Below, piece by piece: positions 9,926 through 19,099 of a stretch of DNA of 64,000 nt; the first letter of the stretch is position 1, and each line of letters opens with the position of its first letter. Origin of the DNA: an uncultured Clostridia bacterium (GTDB taxonomy: Bacteria > Bacillota > Clostridia > Oscillospirales > CAG-382); the NCBI GenBank assembly GCA_947630765.1, contig CANRIX010000004.1, positions 15,929-79,928 of the forward strand, given 5' to 3'. Under the pieces are notes generated by a model. It did not search any database, was not told the DNA's origin, and was given only the letters and a program-made list of their open reading frames with translations. The position numbers and the translations under genes are program-made.

Positions 9926-9932
9926 GCGACGT

Positions 9933-10008
9933 TGGAGCGGATTACGGGGGTCGAACCCGCTACCTCAACCTTGGCAAGGTTGCGCTCTACCAAATGAGCT
10001 AAATCCGC
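9933..10008 (-). tRNA. tRNA-Gly(GCC)
   Basis: Reverse complement GCGGATTTAGCTCA...CTTGCCAAGG...GGTTCGA...CCGCTCCA, 76 nt with CCA. Confidence 0.97.
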
Positions 10009-10016
10009 AAAAGAAG

Positions 10017-10093
10017 TGGCGACTCGAAGGGGACTCGAACCCCTGACCTCCGCCGTGACAGGGCGGCGTTCTAACCAACTGAACTACCGAGCC
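10017..10093 (-). tRNA. tRNA-Asp(GTC)
   Basis: Reverse complement GGCTCGGTAGTTCAG...CCTGTCACGG...GGTTCGAGTC...CGCCA. Confidence 0.97.
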
Positions 10094-10289
10094 AAATCGA
10101 ACGTCCCGAACCGAAGAACGCGGGTGTTTCCCGCCGCCTTCCGTTCCGGCGACAAGGAGAGTATACCATAAATCGCTCCCGTTGTCAAGCCCTTTCGCGG
10201 CGTTTTTTCGCGCAGACGGAAAATTTTTTCGTCTGCGCGTTTGCCGTCATAAAGCGGCGCAGCATCTTGCCGCACCTAATCCTAGCAAA

Positions 10290-10487
10290 AATACAATAAA
10301 ATAACGTTTCGGAGACGGACATGAGCCGGCTCCGAAACTCCTCAAGAGAAAACCGGCGAAGGCGGCGTCAGCATTGGCGCAAGCCGAGCCGGTTTTCGAC
10401 GAGGGGGGCCTTCGGGGGAGGGAACACGGAGCAAGGCGGAGCGCATGAAATGCGCGGAGTCGCCGCGATTGTGGTTCCCCCCCGAAA
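10290..10487 (-). repeat. Dispersed structured element, copy B
   Basis: Reverse-complement match to copies A/C; very similar to copy D. Confidence 0.9.
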
Positions 10488-10494
10488 TTATTCT

Positions 10495-11220
10495 CTACGC
10501 GTGTGACAGCACGTCCCGAAGCCGTTCAATGGTCTTTTTTTCCAACCGCGAGATGTAACTCTGCGAGATGCCGAGCAGATCGGCGACCTCCTTCTGGGTC
10601 TTTTCCTGTCCGCGGCTTTCCGGCGCGAAGCCGAACCGCAGTTCGATGATGCGCTTTTCCCGCTCGGACAGGCTGTCGATGGCGCGACGGATCATTCGCT
10701 TTTCCTCCCGCTCTTCGATGGCGCGACCCACGTCGTCCCCTTCCGACCCCAGCAGGTCGCTCAACAGCAGCTCGTTGCCGTCGTAGTCCACGTTGAGCGG
10801 CTCGTCGAGCGAAAGTTCCGAGCGCACGCCCGCGTTCTTGCGCAGGTGCATGAGGATCTCGTTTTCGATACAGCGGGACGCGTAGGTCGCCAGCTTGATC
10901 TGCTTATCCGGGCGGAACGTGTTGACCGCTTTCATCAATCCGATCGTGCCGATGGAGATCAGGTCCTCGATCCCCACGGCGGAGCTTTCAAATTTCTTCG
11001 CGATGTAAACGACCAACCGCAGGTTCCGCTCGACGAGCGTGTTGCGGACGGTCGGGTCCGTGTCCAGCCTTTCCAGCAGTGCCGCTTCCTCCTCGCGGGA
11101 GAGGGGCGGGGGGAGCGTCTGCGGCCCGTTGATATAGTAGATCTCCCCCGACCGCAGCAGCCGCACCAGCCACCTCCGCAGGGCGCTGCCCGTCCGTTTG
11201 CGCTTCTTTCCGATCGTCAT
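10495..11220 (-). CDS. sigE: Sporulation sigma factor SigE (pro-sigma E)
   Basis: [49 protein letters not shown]; lies downstream of spoIIGA. Confidence 0.93.
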   Translation of the reverse strand: MTIGKKRKRTGSALRRWLVRLLRSGEIYYINGPQTLPPPLSREEEAALLERLDTDPTVRNTLVERNLRLVVYIAKKFESSAVGIEDLISIGTIGLMKAVNTFRPDKQIKLATYASRCIENEILMHLRKNAGVRSELSLDEPLNVDYDGNELLLSDLLGSEGDDVGRAIEEREEKRMIRRAIDSLSEREKRIIELRFGFAPESRGQEKTQKEVADLLGISQSYISRLEKKTIERLRDVLSHA

Positions 11221-11251
11221 TCTCCGTCAATCCTTTCGTTTTTTGTTTTTT

Positions 11252-12061
11252 TCAAAGCAGGGCGCCCGGCAAAAGCCCGTCGCAGCCTGCAAAATCCGTG
11301 TTGTCGGTGTCGATACCGATGACCGCGTCCACGCGCCGGTGCTTCTCAAACGGCGGGCAGAGCGTGATGCTGTCCGGGATGAACCCGTAAAGCAGACCCA
11401 AACCTGTCTGCGTCCGAATCGGGATGGCGCGAAGCGGGACCGGGCTGCTCTCCAGATCCGGCTTGTCAAGCGGGGACGGCAGGACCGACGCGGACAGAAT
11501 GACGACCGGCAGAGCGGAAAACGGCTCCGTGACGAGGTTTCCGCTGTCCACGAGCACGTCCGCTTTCACGCACGTCCCGCCGAAGGTGACTTCGATTTTC
11601 ATATTCCTTGCGTAAACCTTCCTTCTGCAATACAGCCCGTAAAGGATCAACGCCCCGCCGAACGCCAGCGCCAGCGCCAGAATGCCGAGTGCGCTCGCCC
11701 TCCACTGACCTATGTAATACGCCGCCGTGATCCCGCCGCCCATCGCGGCTTCCGTCAGCACGAATACGAACACCGTTTTCGCGAACCGTTTCCAGGTCGT
11801 CCCCTTCGCCGGGAATGCGACCGCACACATCCCGACGGCCGCCGCCAGATGCGCCGGAAGCTGCACCCACAGCGGGAACTGCATCAGCCGCACCGCCAGA
11901 AGCGCGTACACCGCGCCGCACAGCGCCCCGAGCACGACCCGCCAGCCGACGAACCGCCGCATCGCCACCTTCGCGCAGACGACGAGGCAAAGAAAATCCA
12001 ACGCGAAGTTCAGAAACGCCAGTACGTCCGCATATACTACAACGACCTCCTGCCCCGCCAC
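11252..12061 (-). CDS. spoIIGA: Sigma-E processing aspartic peptidase
   Basis: VYADVLAFLNFALDF, 5 TM helices, catalytic DSGN. Confidence 0.9.
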   Translation of the reverse strand: MAGQEVVVVYADVLAFLNFALDFLCLVVCAKVAMRRFVGWRVVLGALCGAVYALLAVRLMQFPLWVQLPAHLAAAVGMCAVAFPAKGTTWKRFAKTVFVFVLTEAAMGGGITAAYYIGQWRASALGILALALAFGGALILYGLYCRRKVYARNMKIEVTFGGTCVKADVLVDSGNLVTEPFSALPVVILSASVLPSPLDKPDLESSPVPLRAIPIRTQTGLGLLYGFIPDSITLCPPFEKHRRVDAVIGIDTDNTDFAGCDGLLPGALL

Positions 12062-12217
12062 GGTCCGACCCCCTGCCTGTCATGCTTGTTTTCCCGTCTG
12101 TTCCTATTGTAAGGACAAACGGGTGAAAAATATGTCGCTTCCGGGAAAGAATTTACAAGAATTTTTCCGCCCGTTCACCCGCTTTGCCGGGAATCCCGTT
12201 TAGGAAGGAATTTTGCG

Positions 12218-12427
12218 ATGAAGAAGCCGCTTTTTTGCTTGCGCACCGGTCGACGCCGGTTCTGCCTGCTCCTTGCCCTGCTTTTGCTCGCCGTCTGCTT
12301 CGCCGGGGTCGTCCGCCGCCCGGTCGACCGTTCCGACGACGCGCCGGTTTTTGCCGACGGCGTGTCCGTCCCGTCCGCCGTCCCGCAAAGCCTGTACGGT
12401 CTGCTCGGGCAGGCGCTCGACGCGTGA
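12218..12427 (+). CDS. Small single-TM hypothetical protein
   Basis: AGGAAGGA RBS; TGATG coupling to the next gene. Confidence 0.6.
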   Translation: MKKPLFCLRTGRRRFCLLLALLLLAVCFAGVVRRPVDRSDDAPVFADGVSVPSAVPQSLYGLLGQALDA

Positions 12428-13032
12428 TGTACGCCGTGTTTCCGCGTTTGCGATTGCGGGTCAACCTGTTCGCCCTGCCCGCGTTCGCTTTGCTGTTCCT
12501 GCTCGAAGGGGTGGTGCCGGCGTCGCTGCTTTTGCTCGCGTCGCTGCTGCACGAATGCGGGCACCTCGCCGCCCTGCGCATCTTTCATGTTCCGCTGCGA
12601 CGCGTCGACGTCGAGCCGCTCGGCGCGAACCTCGTCTATGACGACGCGCTCTGTCCATTGCGAGCGTCCGCGTGGATCGCCTTTTCCGGCGCGTTCGCCA
12701 ATCTGTTGGCGATCCTGCTCTGCCTGCCGTTCCTTTGGTTCGCCCCGCAAAACCTCCCGCTCGCCTTCTTCGCCCTCGCCAACGCGTTCCTCGCTTTTCT
12801 CAACCTTCTCCCGTGGTCCTGTTTGGACGGCGGGCGGCTCCTGTTCGACCTGCTGCTGCTCCGCACGCCGCCCGACCGTGCGCCGGACGTCGAACGCGCC
12901 TGCCGCACCGTTTCCCGCGTCAGCGCGTTTTTGCTGTTCGCCGTCCTGCTGTACCTGTCCGTCCTGTCCGCGTTCCCGCTGTGGGCGCTGCTGCTGTCCG
13001 CGCTCTTGCTCGGGCAGGTCGGACGCGGATAA
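12427..13032 (+). CDS. M50 site-2 peptidase, SpoIVFB-like
   Basis: HECGH and NLLPWSCLDGG motifs, multi-TM. Confidence 0.85.
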   Translation: MYAVFPRLRLRVNLFALPAFALLFLLEGVVPASLLLLASLLHECGHLAALRIFHVPLRRVDVEPLGANLVYDDALCPLRASAWIAFSGAFANLLAILLCLPFLWFAPQNLPLAFFALANAFLAFLNLLPWSCLDGGRLLFDLLLLRTPPDRAPDVERACRTVSRVSAFLLFAVLLYLSVLSAFPLWALLLSALLLGQVGRG

Positions 13033-13082
13033 AAAAGTTCCGGCGGACAGCTCCGCCGGAACAAATGACTTGTTTTGCACGC

Positions 13083-14012
<930 letters not shown>

Positions 14013-14076
14013 GGTTACAGCCTTCTTTCTCGAAATTGCAGGTATGACAAAACCTATATGTTTACTGTGTATTGGA

Positions 14077-14105
14077 GTATAGCACATCAAACTGCGTTTG
14101 TCAAG
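14077..14105 (-). promoter_or_regulatory. Sigma-A promoter of cysK
   Basis: Reverse complement TTGACA-17-TATACT with extended TG. Confidence 0.75.
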
Positions 14106-14137
14106 GGGAAAAAGCAAATTTTTCAAAAAAATCCGGC

Positions 14138-14166
14138 TTGACAAACCGGGAAAGATGCGCTATACT
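14138..14166 (+). promoter_or_regulatory. Near-consensus sigma-A promoter pointing into repeat copy C, with no downstream ORF
   Basis: TTGACA (14138-43), 17 bp, TATACT (14161-66). Confidence 0.75.
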
Positions 14167-14179
14167 GGGTCGAAAAATG

Positions 14180-14378
14180 TTTTGGGGCAAACGCAATCGC
14201 GGCGACTTCGCACACTTCGTGCGCTCCGCCTTGCTCTGCCTTTTCCCCCCAATACCCCCCTTTGATCGAAAAACGACTCGGCTTGCGCCAATGCTGACGC
14301 CGCCTTCGCCGTTTTTCTCTTAAGGTGTCCCCTCCGGCGGCTCATGTCCGCCTACGGGACGATAATTTTATTGTATTT
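14180..14378 (+). repeat. Dispersed structured element, copy C (candidate stand-alone ncRNA)
   Basis: Block-wise match to copies A, B, D, E; directly downstream of a promoter. Confidence 0.9.
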
Positions 14379-14437
14379 CCGTTTCGTTGTTTTTTCGGCA
14401 GATTGTGCGGGACGGTTCCGTCCCGCATTTCGGACGC

Positions 14438-15112
14438 CTATTCGGTCTTCTGCTCCTCGATCTCCAGCAAAAAGCGGTACAGCGGTTCGACCAGACGGAA
14501 GTCCCGCTCCAAGGTTTCCGCGAAATCCGCCGCGAACAGCGTTTCAAACTCCCGCGACGAGCACCCGAACGTCCATTCCTTTCGATTCAGCCAGCCCTTG
14601 TATGGCTCCGGCTGGTCCGGGAAATGGTCCCGCTTGGGAAGCGACCCCTGCGGGGCAAAGACCGTCTGCTTCTCCAGCGTCCGGCGGAGCTTTTCAAACT
14701 TTGGCGAGCGGACAAGCACCTTCTCGCGTGCGACGCGAAGCGCCTCCGGCGACATTTCGTAGTATCCGCAGCCGTACCCGAATTCCAGCGGGGACAGATA
14801 GAAATAGAACTCCGGGTAGAGCGGGAAGAAGCGCTTATCCCGCTTGCAGGAGATCCACATTTCGCTTCGATAGAGCGCACCGCTCCGCGAGAAGCGCAGG
14901 TCGCGGTAGATGCGCGAGATGGTGCGGTCCACCTTCGGCGCACAGACGATCAGCGGATCCACCGACTGCAGGAACGGCGTGAGCGCTTCGACCAGCTCCG
15001 CGAGCGGGGCAAGCACGTGGGTCTGATACGATTCCCTGTGTTCGCGGAACCATTCCCGGCTGTTCTGCTGGTAGTTTTCGTCCAGAAAATCCAGCGTTTC
15101 CTGCGTAAACAT
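14438..15112 (-). CDS. DUF2461 family protein
   Basis: NSREWFREHRESY and RIYRDLRFS motifs. Confidence 0.85.
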   Translation of the reverse strand: MFTQETLDFLDENYQQNSREWFREHRESYQTHVLAPLAELVEALTPFLQSVDPLIVCAPKVDRTISRIYRDLRFSRSGALYRSEMWISCKRDKRFFPLYPEFYFYLSPLEFGYGCGYYEMSPEALRVAREKVLVRSPKFEKLRRTLEKQTVFAPQGSLPKRDHFPDQPEPYKGWLNRKEWTFGCSSREFETLFAADFAETLERDFRLVEPLYRFLLEIEEQKTE

Positions 15113-15159
15113 CCCGTTTGCGCCCCCTTTTCATCAATGAACGTCCGAAAGGAACTCCC

Positions 15160-16302
15160 ATGAACGCCCTTCTTGCCTTCGTCAAACGCGAGCCGGTGCT
15201 GCTGGCCGCCGCGCTTGCCGCCGTCGTCAGTTGTTTCTTCGTCCCGCCGGACGCCGCCTACCTCGGCTACCTCGATTTCCGCACGCTCGCCCTGCTGTAC
15301 GCCCTGATGACCGTCGTCGCAGGGCTCCGCAAGGCGGGGGTGTTCTCGTCGCTCGCGCGGGCGTTGCTCCGACGGGCAAAGACCGTGCGCTCGGTCGGTG
15401 CGCTCCTGGTCGGGCTTTGCTTTTTCTGCTCCCTCTGCATCACGAACGACGTCGCGCTGCTGACGTTCGTGCCGTTCGCGGTCGAGGTCCTGCGGCACGC
15501 CGGCGGACCGAAAACCGTGACGCTTCGCGTCGTCCTGCTCCAGACCGTCGCCGCCAACCTCGGCAGTATGCTCACGCCGGTCGGCAACCCCCAGAACCTC
15601 CACCTGTATTCCTTCTACCAGTACAGCCTGCCGGGTTTCCTGCGGACGGTGCTCCCGGTCTGGCTGCTTTCGCTCGCCTTGCTTTCCGTCTGCTGCCTAT
15701 TTCTGCCGCGTGCGGCGGTCGGGGACGGCGGGGAAGCGCCGGACGGGGAAGGGGTGCGGACCTCGGCGGTCTGGGTATACGGTCTGCTGTTCGTCGTCTG
15801 CCTTGCGACGGTGCTGCGGGTGCTGCCGTGGACGGTCATGCTGGCCGTCCTGTTCGCCGTGCTGCTGGGATTCGACCGCAGGACCCTGCTCGACGCGGAC
15901 TTCTTCCTGCTGCTGACCTTCTGCGCCTTCTTCGTCTTTGCCGGCAATCTCGCCCGCATCCCCGCGGTCGACGGGCTGCTGCAAACCCTGCTCGCCGGGC
16001 GGACCTACCTGACCGCCGTGCTGGCGAGCCAAGTCATCAGCAACGTCCCGGCGGCGATCCTGCTCTCCGGCTTCACGACCGACGCGAACGGTCTGCTGCT
16101 CGGCGTGAACGTCGGCGGGCTCGGTACGCCGATCGCGAGTCTCGCGAGTCTGATCGGCTTTAAGCTCTATTCCGCGTCGGAAAACGCCCGCAAGGGGCGC
16201 TTCCTGCTGGAATTTCTGGCGCTCAACCTGCTGCTGCTCGGACTGCTTTCGGCGTTTGTCCTGCTCTTTCCTATTCCCGGTGGGCTTTCTTCCACGCCTT
16301 GA
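15160..16302 (+). CDS. SLC13/ArsB-NhaD (citrate transporter-like) permease
   Basis: ITNDVALLTFVP, AANLGSMLTPVGNPQNL, SQVISNVPAA. Confidence 0.88.
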   Translation: MNALLAFVKREPVLLAAALAAVVSCFFVPPDAAYLGYLDFRTLALLYALMTVVAGLRKAGVFSSLARALLRRAKTVRSVGALLVGLCFFCSLCITNDVALLTFVPFAVEVLRHAGGPKTVTLRVVLLQTVAANLGSMLTPVGNPQNLHLYSFYQYSLPGFLRTVLPVWLLSLALLSVCCLFLPRAAVGDGGEAPDGEGVRTSAVWVYGLLFVVCLATVLRVLPWTVMLAVLFAVLLGFDRRTLLDADFFLLLTFCAFFVFAGNLARIPAVDGLLQTLLAGRTYLTAVLASQVISNVPAAILLSGFTTDANGLLLGVNVGGLGTPIASLASLIGFKLYSASENARKGRFLLEFLALNLLLLGLLSAFVLLFPIPGGLSSTP

Positions 16303-17590
16303 TCTGTTCAAGGCGGGTCTTGAACTTCGATTCCGCCCCCTGTTCGGTCGGGCGGTAATACGACTTGCCCGCCAGCGAGTCCGGCAGGCATTGCATCGCG
16401 GTCAGCTTTTCCTCCGTGTCGTGGGCGTACTGATAGCCTGCGCCGTACCCGAGTTCCTTCATCAGTGCCGTCGGCGCGTTGCGGATGACGGCGGGGACCG
16501 GCTCGGCAAGCTGGGTCAGCGCGTCCTTTTTCGCGCTCTCGTAAGCCATATACAAAGCGTTCGACTTCGGCACCATCGAAAGATACACGACCGCCTCGGT
16601 CAAATGCACCGAGCATTCCGGCATCCCGATGAGCCGGCACGCCTCAAAGCACGCCACGGCGAGCTCCACCGCCTTCGGGTCGGCAAGCCCGACGTCCTCG
16701 GCGGCGAACCGCGTGACCCGCCGGGCGATGTAGATCGGGTCCTCGCCCGCTTCGAGCATCCGGGCGAGCCAGTAGACGGCGGCGTCCGGGTCGGAATTGC
16801 GCATGGACTTGTGCAGGGCGGAGATCAGGTTGTAATGCTCCTCGCCCTGCTTGTCGTAGAGCAGCGAGCGGCGGGAGGTGCACTGTTCGAGCATTTCCGT
16901 CGTGACTTTGACGTGCTTTCCGTTCGTTTCCCCGTTGAGCACGACCATTTCCAGCGTCGAGAGGGCGTTTCGTGCGTCCCCGTTCGCGAATCGGGCGATC
17001 AGTTCCGGCAGCTCCGGCGGCATTTCGATCTCCAGCTCCCCGAATCCACGCGGGTCGCGGATCGCCCGTTCGACCAGCCCGGTCAGCTGCTCCGGACCGA
17101 GCGCCTGCAGCACGAACACCTTGCAGCGGGACAGCAGCGCCCCGTTGACCTCGAAGGACGGGTTCTCCGTCGTCGCCCCGATGAGGATGATGCTCCCTTT
17201 CTCGACGAACGGCAGGAACGCGTCCTGCTGCGCCTTGTTGAAGCGGTGGATCTCGTCGACGAAAACGATGGTCTTTTCACCGTAGCGGGTGTTCTCGTCC
17301 GCCCGCTGCATGACCGTGCGGATCTCCTTGATCCCGCTCGTGACGGCGGAAAAGTCGATGAACGTCGCCGACGTGCGGTTGGCGATGATGCGGGCGAGCG
17401 TGGTCTTGCCGACGCCCGGCGGACCCCAGAAGATCATGGAGCTGACGCGGTCGTTTTCGATCAGCCGCCGCAGCACCTTCCCTTCGCCGAGCAGGTGCTC
17501 CTGCCCGACATATTCTTCGAGCGTCCGCGGGCGCATCCTCGCCGCGAGCGGCTGCGGATCGTATTGTGTGAAGGTACCCTGCCCGTCCAT
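16271..17590 (-). CDS. rarA: Replication-associated recombination protein A (MgsA)
   Basis: PLAARMRP, GPPGVGKTT, DEIHRFNKAQQD, ISALHKSMR. Confidence 0.95.
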   Translation of the reverse strand: MDGQGTFTQYDPQPLAARMRPRTLEEYVGQEHLLGEGKVLRRLIENDRVSSMIFWGPPGVGKTTLARIIANRTSATFIDFSAVTSGIKEIRTVMQRADENTRYGEKTIVFVDEIHRFNKAQQDAFLPFVEKGSIILIGATTENPSFEVNGALLSRCKVFVLQALGPEQLTGLVERAIRDPRGFGELEIEMPPELPELIARFANGDARNALSTLEMVVLNGETNGKHVKVTTEMLEQCTSRRSLLYDKQGEEHYNLISALHKSMRNSDPDAAVYWLARMLEAGEDPIYIARRVTRFAAEDVGLADPKAVELAVACFEACRLIGMPECSVHLTEAVVYLSMVPKSNALYMAYESAKKDALTQLAEPVPAVIRNAPTALMKELGYGAGYQYAHDTEEKLTAMQCLPDSLAGKSYYRPTEQGAESKFKTRLEQIKAWKKAHRE

Positions 17591-17611
17591 TTCGTGCTCC
17601 TTTCCGTGTCT

Positions 17612-18478
17612 TTATGTCTCCGCCGGCGTGAATCGGAAGTACGAGCACGCCCCGACCATACCGCTGGACGCGCAGAACTGCATCCTTCCCGGGCGGTAGG
17701 ACGAAACGTGCTTCCCGTGGACGTGCCCGCAAAGCACCGCCCCGAACGGCGAATCGTCCGCTTGCAACGCGTCGAGGAAAGCGGTCGTTTCCGGGTCCGG
17801 CTCCCCGGTCCCGAGCAGGAAGTACGGCCCGAACACCTTCGCCGCTTCCGGGTTGTACGCGGTCAACGCCGGGATGTGCATCGCCAGCACCGGCACGCAG
17901 TTTTCCGCTTCCTGCCACGCTGCGGCGGTCTGCTCCGCCGTCACCCGCTTGTCCGCGTCGTCGATGCCGATGAGCTTGAACTCCCCGACGGACAGCGTCT
18001 GCGCAGGTTTTCCGCCCTGCGTGAAGGGGGCGTAGGCGTCGTCGTGTCCGCGCTCGTGGTTGCCGCGCACCCACATCCACGGGCAGTCCACCTGCCCGAG
18101 GAAATCCGAAAAGCAGCGCAGATTCTCCTCGCTGAAGTCCTCGAGCAGATCCCCGCTGAACAGCGCGACGTCCGGGCGGACGGTCTGCAGCAGGCGCAGG
18201 TAATGCGAAAGCCCCTCCTCCGGCTGGAGCAGGTGCGGCGGATCATATGCGTCGCCGTACAGGCGGGCGAAATCCTTGCGGACCGGCTCCCACGCCTGTT
18301 TCTGCTTCGCGACGTGCGCCTTCTGCGATTCCGTGCTGGATTCCTCCGCCACGGCGAGGTGCAGGTCCGAAAGCTGCAGCAAAGTCACCTCCCGCCGGAG
18401 CCCCGCGAGGGGCAGCGTGTAGGAAGTGACTTGCAGATATGCGTCGTCGGTGGGGAAGACCCCCTGCGTATAGGACAT
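17612..18478 (-). CDS. Calcineurin-like metallophosphoesterase
   Basis: DLH, GDL, GNHE, HIP, GHVH motifs. Confidence 0.9.
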   Translation of the reverse strand: MSYTQGVFPTDDAYLQVTSYTLPLAGLRREVTLLQLSDLHLAVAEESSTESQKAHVAKQKQAWEPVRKDFARLYGDAYDPPHLLQPEEGLSHYLRLLQTVRPDVALFSGDLLEDFSEENLRCFSDFLGQVDCPWMWVRGNHERGHDDAYAPFTQGGKPAQTLSVGEFKLIGIDDADKRVTAEQTAAAWQEAENCVPVLAMHIPALTAYNPEAAKVFGPYFLLGTGEPDPETTAFLDALQADDSPFGAVLCGHVHGKHVSSYRPGRMQFCASSGMVGACSYFRFTPAET

Positions 18479-18574
18479 CTGAGCGTCCCCCTTTCAAAAA
18501 CGGTCAAACCCCGTTGCGGGGGCTTTTTCGGAAAAGCCCCCGTAAACCTTTCAAAATGCAATTGCGAACCGAAA

Positions 18575-19099
18575 TCATTCGTCCCAAAGGACGGGGGACC
18601 CCGCCGCGAGCGTCGCGGGCAGGTCGAGCAGCCGCTGGTTCTCCGAACCCCGGAACCGCAGCCGGATATTCTTCTTCGCCTCGATGAATTCCCCGTCCAC
18701 CAGCACGTCGATATGCGAAAGCAGCTCATCCGTCACGTCCGTTCGCGCCTTGCCGTCCGGCGCAAGCAGGTCGCTTTCGAGCGTGTACCCGGTATAGCAC
18801 CACACGTCCTTGTCCGGCAGCCGTTCCCGGACCTTCCGCAGCAGCGGCAGCAGCGCCTTCTGGTTCGCCGGTTCCATCGGCTCCCCGCCGAGCAGCGTCA
18901 ACCCGTTGATGAAGGGTTTGTCCAGCAGCTGCAGCAGGGTTTCCTCAGTTTCCGCCGTGTACGGCTCGCCGTATCGGAAATCCCAGGTTTCCGGGTTGAA
19001 GCACCCCTTGCAGTGGTGCGTGCAGCCGGACACGAACAGGGTGACGCGCACCCCGTTCCCGTCCGCGATATCGCACGGCTTGATCTTTCCGTAGTACAT
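18575..19099 (-). CDS. nrdG: Anaerobic ribonucleotide reductase activating protein (radical SAM)
   Basis: GCTHHCKGCFN, GGEP, FRGSENQR. Confidence 0.96.
   Translation of the reverse strand: MYYGKIKPCDIADGNGVRVTLFVSGCTHHCKGCFNPETWDFRYGEPYTAETEETLLQLLDKPFINGLTLLGGEPMEPANQKALLPLLRKVRERLPDKDVWCYTGYTLESDLLAPDGKARTDVTDELLSHIDVLVDGEFIEAKKNIRLRFRGSENQRLLDLPATLAAGSPVLWDE

Noticed and set aside
8473-9993. 506-aa - strand ORF
   Set aside because: Starts inside tRNA-Gly and is antisense to the XRE gene
10321-10506. Similar short ORFs (RENRRRRRQHWRKPS) in repeat copies B, D, E
   Set aside because: By-product of the DNA repeat; lengths and starts differ, no RBS, and the variation fits base pairing rather than codons
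14049-14072. Possible Rrf2/CymR-type box upstream of cysK
   Set aside because: Only one half-site (AAACCTAT) is convincing; cannot support without comparative data
16271-16302. 32-bp convergent overlap of permease and rarA 3' ends
   Set aside because: Short convergent overlaps are common in GC-rich genomes
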